In this document: piece by piece, positions 19,901 to 29,953 of the stretch
How the letters are laid out: each line of letters starts with the position of its first letter
Numbering within the stretch: position 1 is the first letter of the stretch
IMG/VR virus record: IMGVR_UViG_3300011114_000961
Coordinates: 62,001-125,970 of that record
From: an uncultured virus (IMG/VR IMGVR_UViG_3300011114_000961)
Taxonomy: Duplodnaviria; Heunggongvirae; Uroviricota; Caudoviricetes
Reading direction: 5' to 3' (one strand)
DNA length: 63,970 bases
Position numbers and translations under genes: made by a program
Notes under the pieces: generated by a model
Database searches by the model: none
The model's input: the letters and a program-made list of their open reading frames with translations, nothing else
Told to the model about the DNA's origin: nothing

Positions 19901-20838
19901 ATCTCAGCCAGATAGTCCAATTTAAAAATTTGATAGACAGTCTAAAGCCTGATCCTGCAGGCACTGACGCTGTACGGCATTTTGAAAATCTGTTGTATCA
20001 TGCCAGCAGTAATATAGAACTTCGAATAGAATCTGACATCAAGAATCTTGAGAACGATTTTGGATCAATACAACAATCTGTCAAGTCTTTTAGGCAATCC
20101 TTTGCCAACCTATCTAAGTCGCTACAGCAACTGATTGAATCTCAAGATCAAAGCATGTACAATCACAGCATGCGAGTATACCAGGAAGAATTTTCACAAG
20201 ATACAGTGGCTCACATACTGGATCGCAAGCTGTTGATTGATACTGAGAGTGAGACCATAATGCGAGCCAGATTAAAAAATTGTGGGGATTGGCGACTGCC
20301 CGGCATGATCATAAGACCCAGAACAGAAGACTATATCAATGATATGGTAGCATTGGATCCATTGTATCTGGTGGATCATGACATGGAACTGCTTAGACCA
20401 TCAATGGAACAGTATCTTCCTGAGTACCAGCGACGATTACGTGCATACACCATAAACGATTATGCCCAGCGCCCTATATTTAAAAATTTCCCCAAAGGCC
20501 AATTTGGTGTGATTTTTGCTTACAATTACTTTAACTTTAAACCATTATCGGTTATCAATGACTACTTGGCCGAGCTGTTTCAATTGTTGCGGCCTGGCGG
20601 CATATTGATTTTTACCTACAACAACTGTGACCGATGGCACAGTGTATCGTTTGCTGAAAAGAACTACATGTGTTACACACCCGGAATACGAGTATGCAGT
20701 CTAGCACGTGAGCAAGGATACACAGTGAACTTTGAACACAACGGATTGCTGGATGCCAGCTGGATAGAATTACGAAAGCCTGGCCACTTGACCAGTATAA
20801 AAGGCGGCCAGTCGTTGGCCAAAATAGTTGCAGGATAG
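19897..20838 (+). CDS. Protein with C-terminal class I SAM methyltransferase-like domain
   Basis: FGVIFAYNYF..LLRPGGILIF motif; N-terminal coiled coil. Confidence 0.55.
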   Translation: MNLSQIVQFKNLIDSLKPDPAGTDAVRHFENLLYHASSNIELRIESDIKNLENDFGSIQQSVKSFRQSFANLSKSLQQLIESQDQSMYNHSMRVYQEEFSQDTVAHILDRKLLIDTESETIMRARLKNCGDWRLPGMIIRPRTEDYINDMVALDPLYLVDHDMELLRPSMEQYLPEYQRRLRAYTINDYAQRPIFKNFPKGQFGVIFAYNYFNFKPLSVINDYLAELFQLLRPGGILIFTYNNCDRWHSVSFAEKNYMCYTPGIRVCSLAREQGYTVNFEHNGLLDASWIELRKPGHLTSIKGGQSLAKIVAG

Positions 20839-20879
20839 TAAAAAAACCTATATACTATACACAATACAAGGAGATTAGT

Positions 20880-21602
20880 ATGAAAGATTATTTGTTAGAT
20901 TTAGTTGAACACACATATGACCTGGGCTGTATCAGCTTGGTCAAGATCGTTGGTACCGATGCTGCTACCAGCATGAGTGGATTGGCTGAGGATTTAAGCG
21001 TGGTTGTGCAAGCGGATTTTAAAAATCCTGTGGCCGACTTTATTGGCACGTTTGGCATGCCCAATCTTGGCAAACTCAAAACTTTGATCAACTTGCAGGA
21101 ATACCGTGAAGATGCCACATTGGCCATTACCAAGCGAGCCGATGGCGAACCAGATGGCATCAACTTTGAAAACAAAGCTGGTGACTTCCGCAATACCTAT
21201 CGCTTTATGGCCAGTACAATTGTGAATGACAAACTCAAAACTGCCAAGTTCAAAGGTGCAACATGGCATGTGGAATTTGAACCTACCAATGCTGCTATAC
21301 AGCGATTGAAATGGCAGATGACTGCCAATGCTGAAGAACCCAACTTCACGGTGAAGATTGAAAACGGTGATTTGAAATTGTTCTTTGGTGATCACTCCAC
21401 GCATGCTGGTAACTTTGTGTTCCATCCTGGAGTCAAAGGCACACTCAAACGTGCATGGGCTTGGCCTGCTGCACAGGTACACAGTATCTTGAGCTTGACC
21501 GGAGACAAGATCATGCGTATCAGCGATGACGGTGCTGCACAGATCACTGTGGATTCAGGCATTGCAGTTTACAACTACATCTTGCCAGCACAATCAAAAT
21601 GA
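20880..21602 (+). CDS. Putative sliding clamp (gp45/PCNA-like)
   Basis: 240-aa alpha/beta protein near the polymerase, ending YNYILPA; strong RBS. Confidence 0.6.
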   Translation: MKDYLLDLVEHTYDLGCISLVKIVGTDAATSMSGLAEDLSVVVQADFKNPVADFIGTFGMPNLGKLKTLINLQEYREDATLAITKRADGEPDGINFENKAGDFRNTYRFMASTIVNDKLKTAKFKGATWHVEFEPTNAAIQRLKWQMTANAEEPNFTVKIENGDLKLFFGDHSTHAGNFVFHPGVKGTLKRAWAWPAAQVHSILSLTGDKIMRISDDGAAQITVDSGIAVYNYILPAQSK

Positions 21603-21946
21603 TCAAAGGCTTAATGGGCACTGGCGCAGTAATGGTCAGTGGCGGCGATACTATTGTGCCGTATATCGATATGCGGACGGAAACTCCCATGCAAGGTATA
21701 ATCCGTGTATGGGGTACGGAGATGCAGGTTTATGACGGTTCTAGTTGGAAGCCGTTATTATCAAGTTATGCCACTGTGAAATTGACTCCTGACGCTGAAG
21801 AATTGATCAACTGGGCACGGCAAAAACGTGATGAAGAATCGAGACTGAAAACACTAGCTGAAAAACATCCCACTGTAGCTGATGCTGTTGGTGCGGTTGA
21901 GCAGGCAAAGACAAACTTAAAAATAATTACAGAATTGGTGTCATGA
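21599..21946 (+). CDS. Hypothetical protein
   Basis: Translationally coupled 115-aa ORF. Confidence 0.65.
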   Translation: MIKGLMGTGAVMVSGGDTIVPYIDMRTETPMQGIIRVWGTEMQVYDGSSWKPLLSSYATVKLTPDAEELINWARQKRDEESRLKTLAEKHPTVADAVGAVEQAKTNLKIITELVS

Positions 21947-23502
21947 CTCAAGATCTAATCCAAGACAATCTCACTGCCAAACAGAATGACTATGCTGTGT
22001 TCTTGCCGGCCATATCCGGCTTTTACGCCACCTTTGTGGGCAAGCAACGAGATCCAGTAAATGGACCTTATGTGGATCCTGCACGTATGCCCGCAGGAAT
22101 ACCAGACATGGAACAACTGAACTGGCTCAACAGTCAAAAAGCATTGTTTCCCTACAAGTGGAGCCTGTATTCAGGTGGGCATGCTAACCTGGATCTCAAC
22201 AAGCAAGACTGGTCAGAAGACATGGTTCGCAGTCGTGAGCCAGGCACGTTCATGCTGGGCGACTCAGGTGGATTCCAGATCGCCAAGGGTCTGTGGGAAG
22301 GTGACTGGAAAGCCAACTCGGGCTGTGCCAAAGCACAAAAGAAACGTGAGGCAATTCTCAATTGGCTAGACAATGTTTCTGATTATTGCATGACACTTGA
22401 TATTCCAACCTGGGTCATACACGATAAAAAAGCCAGCCGGGCCTGCCAGATCACCACGCTGCAAGAAGCAGTGGATGCAACCAAGTTCAACAACGAATAC
22501 TTCATGCGGCATCGCAAAGGTGTTCGCAATGGTGGCACCAAGATTTTGAATGTGTTGCAAGGCGACAATCATACCAGTGCCGATGCTTGGTATGAGGAGA
22601 TGAAACACTTTTGTGATCCTGCTGTGTATCCTGACACACACTTTGATGGGTGGAGTATGGGCGGGCAGAACATGTGCGATGTACATCTTGTGCTCCGACG
22701 TCTAGTCACTTTGCGCTATGACAATCTCTTGCAAGAAGGCGTGCATGATTGGATGCACTTCTTGGGCACAAGCAAATTGGAATGGGCTGTGCTGTTGACT
22801 GCCATCCAACGTGCAGTAAGAAAGCATGTGAATCCTGCTTTTACCATCAGCTTTGATTGCGCCAGTCCGTTCTTGGCCACTGCCAATGGGCAGGTGTATC
22901 ATGAAATTGATACCACACACAACAGCAAATGGTCTTATAGGATGAGTCCCATTGCTGACGACAAGAAATACAGCACAGACACACGCCCGTATGGACAGGC
23001 TGTGGTGGCAGATGGATTGGTCAATCACTTTGATGAGAGCCCTATCAGTCGCCACCTGACCATGAAGGACATCTGTATCTACAAGCCTGGTGATCTAAAC
23101 AAGATTGGCAAAGAAGGCAAGACATCGTGGGATAGTTTCTCATATGCACTGCTGATGGGTCACAATGTGTGGACACACTTGGAGTCAGTACAACGTGCCA
23201 ATCGTGAATATGATTCTGGCACCAAATGGCCGCGCATGCTGTGGAATGAAAAGGGTGATCATGCTCGATTCCATGACATTGTGGAAGCTATCTTTGCTGC
23301 GCCGACCAAGCAAGACAGCATGGACATCATCGAGCACTACAGCAACTACTGGATGGATGTGGTGGGCACACGCGGCTTCAAAGGCAAAAAGGCCATGAAT
23401 GCAAGAACTCAATTCAATGCATTGTTTGACATGGTAGAGGTTGACACTGACCCTGACGATCTCGGCACAACAAAATTGGAACAACTGGAGCAATCAGTTT
23501 GA
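21943..23502 (+). CDS. dpdA: tRNA-guanine transglycosylase-fold protein, probable DNA deazaguanine transglycosylase (DpdA-like)
   Basis: DSGGFQ, LDIP, NVLQG, HFLG, SFD and HN motifs of the TGT fold; clustered with folE/queD/queE. Confidence 0.75.
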   Translation: MTQDLIQDNLTAKQNDYAVFLPAISGFYATFVGKQRDPVNGPYVDPARMPAGIPDMEQLNWLNSQKALFPYKWSLYSGGHANLDLNKQDWSEDMVRSREPGTFMLGDSGGFQIAKGLWEGDWKANSGCAKAQKKREAILNWLDNVSDYCMTLDIPTWVIHDKKASRACQITTLQEAVDATKFNNEYFMRHRKGVRNGGTKILNVLQGDNHTSADAWYEEMKHFCDPAVYPDTHFDGWSMGGQNMCDVHLVLRRLVTLRYDNLLQEGVHDWMHFLGTSKLEWAVLLTAIQRAVRKHVNPAFTISFDCASPFLATANGQVYHEIDTTHNSKWSYRMSPIADDKKYSTDTRPYGQAVVADGLVNHFDESPISRHLTMKDICIYKPGDLNKIGKEGKTSWDSFSYALLMGHNVWTHLESVQRANREYDSGTKWPRMLWNEKGDHARFHDIVEAIFAAPTKQDSMDIIEHYSNYWMDVVGTRGFKGKKAMNARTQFNALFDMVEVDTDPDDLGTTKLEQLEQSV

Positions 23503-24206
23503 AACGATTTATTGCTTTGCATTTTATACCAGGGGCAGCGGGGAATTTTCTTTCCCGGTGCATAAATTTACTAGACGACACTTATGTGTGGTCTAACGGA
23601 AAAAATATACCAAACACGTTGGAAGAAAAACTGGACCTATTGACTTATAAAGATCAATCCAGGTATATTACCTGGATTGATTTTGAGGGTGCGATCAAGG
23701 AGTACGATGTTGTGAAACCACACTGGGACATAGGCCCCAATGGCAATGGGGTTTCGATCAAGCATCCTGCCCCAGCGAATAATATTAAAAATATTACCGG
23801 TAAAGATGACACCGCAGTTAACATTTTTATAGATCATGAAAATAATTTAGATTGGGTCATATTGAATGGGGAGTACAAACATTCTTTCCAAACTTTCAAA
23901 AATTTCGAAAACGGTTTTGATTTGAAGAATGATCCATCAGTTTATAAAATTAGTCTTGCTAGTATTATCAACGGTTACCAAAAATTCTTACCAGAATTTA
24001 TTAAGTTGGCCGCATTCATAGATAGAACAGTAACTCAAGATATAGAAATTGCGTTGCATATTTTGTATGAGGAATGGCAGAAAACGGTGTTGCAAGGACC
24101 TGAGTTCGAAGAAAAAAGAAATAGAGCTGCTAAAATTTTTAGAAAAATAGTTGACGATTTTGAAAGAGACAACCAACATCAAGAAATACAACACAATCAA
24201 GGTTGA
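23499..24206 (+). CDS. AT-rich hypothetical protein (sulfotransferase/P-loop-like N-terminus)
   Basis: PGAAGNFL N-terminal motif. Confidence 0.5.
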   Translation: MKRFIALHFIPGAAGNFLSRCINLLDDTYVWSNGKNIPNTLEEKLDLLTYKDQSRYITWIDFEGAIKEYDVVKPHWDIGPNGNGVSIKHPAPANNIKNITGKDDTAVNIFIDHENNLDWVILNGEYKHSFQTFKNFENGFDLKNDPSVYKISLASIINGYQKFLPEFIKLAAFIDRTVTQDIEIALHILYEEWQKTVLQGPEFEEKRNRAAKIFRKIVDDFERDNQHQEIQHNQG

Positions 24207-24266
24207 CACAGACTACCAAGATCAGTTAAACTTACAAGCATTACAACAACTTGAACAGGATCAGAT

Positions 24267-24773
24267 ATGAACCGAGAAGGTCACGAGAATACTGCATTCT
24301 TTACCGGCACAGAAGTAGAACACACACCTGCATTGGGCAAAAAAACATTGTTTGTGGTAGGCGTTCAATCAGAGGATGATATCGCTGCTTATATACAAGG
24401 TTGCGAGCACATTTACTTTGGTGCCAACCAGAGTTTTCCAAACATTGACACTAACGACTATGTGAAGTGGACACAATGGGAAAATATGATTTTACCCTTT
24501 TTACAAAAAGGATATCTGTGTACGTTAGATATTGATGTCAAATGCGTAGAAGGCTTGTTGGAATCCTGCCTGACTGAAGATCACAACTTTATTCCAATGA
24601 TATCAGTCAAGCTACCATATATCAAATTGTTGGGCTACAATGCCACACTCAAACTAGACGACCGAGATTTTGCTGCAACCAATCCAGGTGTTTGGTGTCA
24701 CAGCATACATGATTTACAAAACCGAGACCATTTCACTGACTGGTCTAAATATACCAAGGACGAAACATTATGA
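24267..24773 (+). CDS. Hypothetical protein of the deazaguanine cluster
   Basis: 168-aa ORF after a TTGACA promoter-like site, coupled to the QueD paralog. Confidence 0.65.
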   Translation: MNREGHENTAFFTGTEVEHTPALGKKTLFVVGVQSEDDIAAYIQGCEHIYFGANQSFPNIDTNDYVKWTQWENMILPFLQKGYLCTLDIDVKCVEGLLESCLTEDHNFIPMISVKLPYIKLLGYNATLKLDDRDFAATNPGVWCHSIHDLQNRDHFTDWSKYTKDETL

Positions 24774-25222
24774 ACGAACGCGATCATGCACTTGTAGAAA
24801 CACGACAACGTATCAAGGATCGTGCTGTACGCACAATTTTTGTACGGTTCCAAAAAGAAGGCATTCATTGTTATCCAGCAGCAGCCACAGATCCTGCATT
24901 GGCCACAGGTGATGAGTATGATGTGAGCTTTTTGGCCAGTCCACACAGACACATATTTCACTTTGAAGTGACCATACAAGTATTCCACAACGATCGTGAC
25001 ATTGAATTCATTCAGTTCAAACGCTGGCTAGAAAATCTCTATGCTGGCGGCACACTTGAACTCAATTACAAGAGTTGTGAAATGATCAGCGATGAACTTT
25101 ACGATCAAATCGCTGCAAGATATCCAGACCGTGCTGTATGGATCAACGTATCCGAAGATGGTGAGAACGGCGCTGTAATACAATACAATCTCACTTATCC
25201 TGCTCAATCAATTAAAATCTAA
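24770..25222 (+). CDS. T-fold QueD paralog, DpdL-like (putative CDG decarboxylase)
   Basis: LASPHRHIF matches LxxxHRHxF; SCE and VSEDGENG T-fold motifs. Confidence 0.65.
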   Translation: MNERDHALVETRQRIKDRAVRTIFVRFQKEGIHCYPAAATDPALATGDEYDVSFLASPHRHIFHFEVTIQVFHNDRDIEFIQFKRWLENLYAGGTLELNYKSCEMISDELYDQIAARYPDRAVWINVSEDGENGAVIQYNLTYPAQSIKI

Positions 25223-25233
25223 TAGGAAATAAC

Positions 25234-25458
25234 ATGGCAAAAATTGCATTCCGTACCAACCCTCACGTTGCTGAGATCTTCAACCACCTTGAACAATACG
25301 AAGAGTTTTGCAAAGACTATGGATATCGCTACAACGAAGCGGATCTATACAACTTCAAAAGTTATGCTTGGCAACAGTTCACCAAGTATGCCCAAGGCAA
25401 GAATGCCAAGAACATGTGGTGGGAAGATGCACGTAGATTGGCCGGGCATCGTGCATGA
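25234..25458 (+). CDS. Hypothetical protein
   Basis: 74-aa ORF with AGGA RBS. Confidence 0.65.
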   Translation: MAKIAFRTNPHVAEIFNHLEQYEEFCKDYGYRYNEADLYNFKSYAWQQFTKYAQGKNAKNMWWEDARRLAGHRA

Positions 25459-26327
25459 TTCATGTGTTTTTTGTTCCCGGAATGTTTGGAACTACAATAG
25501 AATATGTACTAAGAACATTTACCAAAGAGCATGATTCTATCAATGGAGTCATTCTTGCCGACGGGAGCATGCACAGCTATTCTAAAGAACTGCATATCTA
25601 CCAACAAAACTTGTTGGACAATTTAAAAAAAATACAACATGATTCGATAACCACTCCTATATATCCTTTTAAAACTCTGCACCTACCTGAAATATTAGAT
25701 TATTACAAGTTGTACATTGACAAACAAAGTCGATCAATTTTGATTCATGCCAGCAATTTAAGATCCGCAGAACTTAATATATTATTTCAATACTATAAAA
25801 TTTGTGTGGGATTAGAGTGCGGCCTGGGAATTTTTTGTGACAGCAACACTCATAACATAATCCAGTGGAACCCGGCGTACAAAAGCTGGAAGGAAATGCA
25901 GCCTTGGGAACTCCGAGAATGGTTCAGTTTGTTTTATGCAGAATGGGTGCAAGAATGGATACAATCACAAAATCAGGTATCCGGCGACTTTCTGAAAATT
26001 GTCAACACAGACCTGTTGTATGATACAGAGTCAACATTTATTAAAATGATTGACCATTGCGGTCTTACATTAGATGGCAATCTTGGGTCCTTTGCCACAA
26101 AATGGCAACTGGCCCAACAATATATTCTGGATGAATTCAACTTGTTAGATCAGATTGTTGAATCAACAATCAATCAACAAGAATTTTCTTGGCAATCCAT
26201 CCATGTCATAGCTGAGGCCATAGTTCAACAACGACTGCGAACACATGGGTATGAGATACGCTGTGATAGGTTAAATATCTTTCCAACAGATTCTAAAACT
26301 CTTTACAACTTACTAGAAAAATGTTAA
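25455..26327 (+). CDS. Hypothetical protein (sulfotransferase-like N-terminus)
   Basis: PGMFGTTI motif; AT-rich. Confidence 0.5.
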   Translation: MIHVFFVPGMFGTTIEYVLRTFTKEHDSINGVILADGSMHSYSKELHIYQQNLLDNLKKIQHDSITTPIYPFKTLHLPEILDYYKLYIDKQSRSILIHASNLRSAELNILFQYYKICVGLECGLGIFCDSNTHNIIQWNPAYKSWKEMQPWELREWFSLFYAEWVQEWIQSQNQVSGDFLKIVNTDLLYDTESTFIKMIDHCGLTLDGNLGSFATKWQLAQQYILDEFNLLDQIVESTINQQEFSWQSIHVIAEAIVQQRLRTHGYEIRCDRLNIFPTDSKTLYNLLEKC

Positions 26328-26349
26328 ACTTCAACAAAGGATTGTTACA

Positions 26350-27552
26350 ATGAGAAAATTATTTTACATGGGTTTGGAAAGCTACGAGGCTCGGTATACA
26401 TTACAACTCACTGAGTGGAACCGGCGTGTGTTTGACCGTCGAGGACTTGACGTGGTATATGTGCCTGGACTCACCCTAGACAACAGCCAAAAGATTGTGG
26501 TTGGTCAAGTACTGGATGCACACGGCCGCAGTTACTTTGGTATGAGTCAAATGATGAATCTGGTGAGACTCATGCAACAAGGCAAAGTCACCAGCGAAGA
26601 TGTAATCTATTTTGAAGACATGTTCCAGCCAGGTATTGAAAGTTTGCCATATATCATGGACCAGGTGCCTGCAGAATTACGTCCACAGGTATGGGTACGT
26701 TGCCTGGCACAAGCCATTGATCCTGACGACTTTGTACATGTTTGGGGCATGGCAGGTTGGATGAGCACATACGAAAAAATGGTCAACCAGTTTGTGACAG
26801 GCGTGTTGGCTACCAACGAAGAAATGGTTGCTCACATGCGTATTGCGGGATGGACCGCTCCTATCTACAACATCTCCGGTCTTGCGTTTGGCAAAGAAGA
26901 AGTGCTGGAACGCATTGGTGGCGCAGGCAACGTTCGACCATTTGGGGCGCGCCCAAGACGTGTGGGTTTTGCAGCAAGATTTGATCAAGAAAAGCAACCG
27001 GGCTTTTTTATGGATCTGATTGACATGTATGGCGAACTCACAAGCGAACCATGTGAGTTTGTGATCTACAGCGGTGGTGAGTTACGCAGCAACAACCCAG
27101 AGTATGTGACTCGTGCTCGCAGGATGGAAGCAGCCGGACAGTTGAAAATTTACGACAACATTACAAAAAATGATTACTACGCTCACCTCAATAACACTCG
27201 TGTGTTGTTTAATTGTGCTTTACAAGACTGGGTCTCTAACACAGTTTCCGAGGCTGACACTCTTGGCTGTAATGTGCTTTATCCTGCCTATCGTAGTTTC
27301 CCCGAAACTTTCTCAAACGATCCCAACAGGCTTTACGTTCCTTGGTCAATAGATGATGCCTATCACAAACTGCAAAATCTCTTGCGTGATCCGCATCACA
27401 ACATGGGATTGATCAGTGACTGGAACAACGGCACAGTGGATCGTGTGGTGGACATATTGCAGGGCACAGGAGAACAATGGAATCGTGCTGGCAACAGATA
27501 TCGTGATCATGTGGCCCACGAAAAATATCAAGTGGTAAAGATTGAATCATGA
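26350..27552 (+). CDS. GT-B glycosyltransferase (GT4-like)
   Basis: FAARFDQEKQP and QDWVSNTVSEA motifs. Confidence 0.75.
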   Translation: MRKLFYMGLESYEARYTLQLTEWNRRVFDRRGLDVVYVPGLTLDNSQKIVVGQVLDAHGRSYFGMSQMMNLVRLMQQGKVTSEDVIYFEDMFQPGIESLPYIMDQVPAELRPQVWVRCLAQAIDPDDFVHVWGMAGWMSTYEKMVNQFVTGVLATNEEMVAHMRIAGWTAPIYNISGLAFGKEEVLERIGGAGNVRPFGARPRRVGFAARFDQEKQPGFFMDLIDMYGELTSEPCEFVIYSGGELRSNNPEYVTRARRMEAAGQLKIYDNITKNDYYAHLNNTRVLFNCALQDWVSNTVSEADTLGCNVLYPAYRSFPETFSNDPNRLYVPWSIDDAYHKLQNLLRDPHHNMGLISDWNNGTVDRVVDILQGTGEQWNRAGNRYRDHVAHEKYQVVKIES

Positions 27553-28493
27553 AAGTAGTGGTCACTGGTTCGGCCGGTTACATCGGTGGGCAAATTGCAC
27601 TGGCATTGAAAGATGCCGGGCACGAGGTCCTGGGTATTGATCGCAGACCGTGCCCGTCGCATCTCAAAGAAGTATTCAATCAGTTTGTGCTGGCCGACTT
27701 TGACAGTGACACAGCTGGTAAAAAATTGATACAATTTGTTCCTGATGCCATTATCCATTGTGCTGGCACAAGCCTAGTAGGCCCCAGTATTAAATATCCA
27801 TCTGACTACTATCACAATAATGTTATTAAGACCATCCACATGTTGGATCTTGTACTTGCTGCTTTGCCCAAGACCAGATTTATCTTCAGTTCAAGTGCAG
27901 CAGTATATGGTGAGCCCACTATGACTCCGTGTGCTGAAACGGATCCTTGCGAACCGTTGAGTCCGTACGGTGAAAGCAAGCGCATGATTGAACAGGTGCT
28001 GGCCAGTTATCATCGGGCGTATAAACTAGACTATGTAGCATTTCGATATTTCAATGCCTGCGGTGCCGACAGCCAGGCACGCCATGGCAGTGAACCTGGT
28101 GGTACACATATCATTTCGCGGGTGTTAGAAAGCATTAGAGATCGACAAGAATTTGTGCTCAACGGTATTGACTATCCTACCAATGATGGTACTTGTGTGC
28201 GAGACTATGTGCATGTGGAAGACATTGCTGCTGCACATGTTGCAGCATTGGATGCCAAGGTATCTGCTGGTGTGTATAATCTTGGCAGCAACCAAGGTGT
28301 GAGTAATTTAGAAATTATTGACGCTGCACAACGAATCACAAAACAAATTTTGAATTTTAGATCAGGGCCTAAACGTGCCGGAGATCCAGCTGTGTTGACA
28401 GCAAGTTCAGATAAATTTGATCAGTACGGTCATTGGCAAAAATACACATTGGATAATATGATACAACATTCTTGGAACTGGTATGTTCGATAA
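27549..28493 (+). CDS. galE: UDP-glucose 4-epimerase
   Basis: TGSAGYIG, FSSSAAVYG, YGESK, RYFNACG, DGTCVRDYVHV motifs. Confidence 0.92.
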   Translation: MKVVVTGSAGYIGGQIALALKDAGHEVLGIDRRPCPSHLKEVFNQFVLADFDSDTAGKKLIQFVPDAIIHCAGTSLVGPSIKYPSDYYHNNVIKTIHMLDLVLAALPKTRFIFSSSAAVYGEPTMTPCAETDPCEPLSPYGESKRMIEQVLASYHRAYKLDYVAFRYFNACGADSQARHGSEPGGTHIISRVLESIRDRQEFVLNGIDYPTNDGTCVRDYVHVEDIAAAHVAALDAKVSAGVYNLGSNQGVSNLEIIDAAQRITKQILNFRSGPKRAGDPAVLTASSDKFDQYGHWQKYTLDNMIQHSWNWYVR

Positions 28494-29073
28494 AATTTTT
28501 GAGTTTGAAAAAGCACTGGCCAAATTCACTGGTGCACCTTATGCAATCATGACTGATTGCTGCACCCATGCAATTGAACTGTGCTTGCGTTATGATCGGG
28601 TACGCGGTCTTAAAATGACTCCTTACACCTATCTCAGCATACCAATGACCATGCACAAATTGGGCATTGACTATGTGTACATGGACGAACCTGAACAAAC
28701 TTGGACAGGCGAATATAACTTTGTGTATACCAGAGTATGGGACAGCGCCAGGCGCTTGGAAGCTGGCATGTATCAAGCTGGACAGATGCAATGCGTGAGT
28801 TTCGGACATACAAAACCTTTACAAATAGGCCATGGCGGTGCTATACTGTTAGATAACAAGAAAGCATACAATACCATGATAAAACAACGTTATGATGGTC
28901 GCGATCTAAATACTGTGCCCTGGCAGTCACAAAAAACTTTCCAGATAGGATATCATTACAAACCTTCAATTGAAGATGCAGTACGTGGATTGGAATTGTT
29001 GGAACAATATCAATCTCAAGAGCCTGTGTTTGTGCCGTATCCAGATTTAAGAACCATAACCATCGAACTATAA
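28483..29073 (+). CDS. Compact DegT/DnrJ/EryC1-family PLP aminotransferase-like protein
   Basis: CTHAIEL, DSA, SFGHTKPLQIGHGG motifs. Confidence 0.8.
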   Translation: MFDKIFEFEKALAKFTGAPYAIMTDCCTHAIELCLRYDRVRGLKMTPYTYLSIPMTMHKLGIDYVYMDEPEQTWTGEYNFVYTRVWDSARRLEAGMYQAGQMQCVSFGHTKPLQIGHGGAILLDNKKAYNTMIKQRYDGRDLNTVPWQSQKTFQIGYHYKPSIEDAVRGLELLEQYQSQEPVFVPYPDLRTITIEL

Positions 29074-29074
29074 C

Positions 29075-29863
29075 ATGACCGACTTTGTACCTGATCCACT
29101 ACTGACTCCTCAAGACCAAGAATTCGTTCCTATGGAACAAAAACTATATGTAAAAAAAGAACCAGGTACCACTGGCAAATATCTCAGTGCCGCATTGCGC
29201 GATCGAATGAAAACAGATGGCAAGAGATTCTGGGCCGGCGATAACATCTCAGACTACGTAAGTGAATCAGCTAAGGAACACTTGATCAATGAAGCCGCAG
29301 AAGCATTTGAAAAAGTGCTGGACGCACTGCTGATTGATCGTGAAAATGATCCAAACAGTAAGGGCACTGCTCGACGTTTGGCCAAGATGTATTACAACGA
29401 GATAATGGCAGGACGATATGAACCAGCACCAGACGCAACAGCATTTCCAAACGATTCGCAGGACCGATATGAAGGCATGTTGGTGGTGCGTAGCGAGTTA
29501 CGTAGTATGTGCAGTCACCATCATCAGCCTGTTAGTGGTGTTGCCTACATTGGAATTATCGCTGCACAAAAACTTATTGGGTTGTCTAAGTATACTCGTA
29601 TTGCTCAGTGGTGCGCTAGGCGCGGTACTTTGCAGGAAGAACTCTGCAACGACATTGCCAGAGAAATAATGAAGGCAACTGACGCAGAAGATGTGGCCGT
29701 GTATGTACAAGCCATTCATGGCTGCTGTGAGAATCGTGGTATCATGGCACATTCAAGTCTCACACAGACCACTGTGCTCAAAGGTGCATTCCAGACTGAT
29801 CAAAGCACAAAGAAAGAGTTCTTTGACAATATCAAACTACAACAAGAATTTGCACCAAGATAA
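29075..29863 (+). CDS. folE: GTP cyclohydrolase I
   Basis: SMCSHH, IGLSKYTR, LQE, HGCCENRG motifs. Confidence 0.95.
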   Translation: MTDFVPDPLLTPQDQEFVPMEQKLYVKKEPGTTGKYLSAALRDRMKTDGKRFWAGDNISDYVSESAKEHLINEAAEAFEKVLDALLIDRENDPNSKGTARRLAKMYYNEIMAGRYEPAPDATAFPNDSQDRYEGMLVVRSELRSMCSHHHQPVSGVAYIGIIAAQKLIGLSKYTRIAQWCARRGTLQEELCNDIAREIMKATDAEDVAVYVQAIHGCCENRGIMAHSSLTQTTVLKGAFQTDQSTKKEFFDNIKLQQEFAPR

Positions 29864-29953
29864 ATCTTTTCAAAAGAGACAAAATTGGTAGGTTGACTCA
29901 AAATTATGTTTCAGTTATAATGTCTAGTATCACTAATCAATTTAGATTACATT

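Noticed and set aside
21943..23502. Housekeeping tRNA-guanine transglycosylase (tgt) for queuosine
   Set aside because: Lacks the CxCxxC zinc site, is larger and divergent, and sits among DNA replication genes without queA/queF; DpdA-like is preferred, though unproven.
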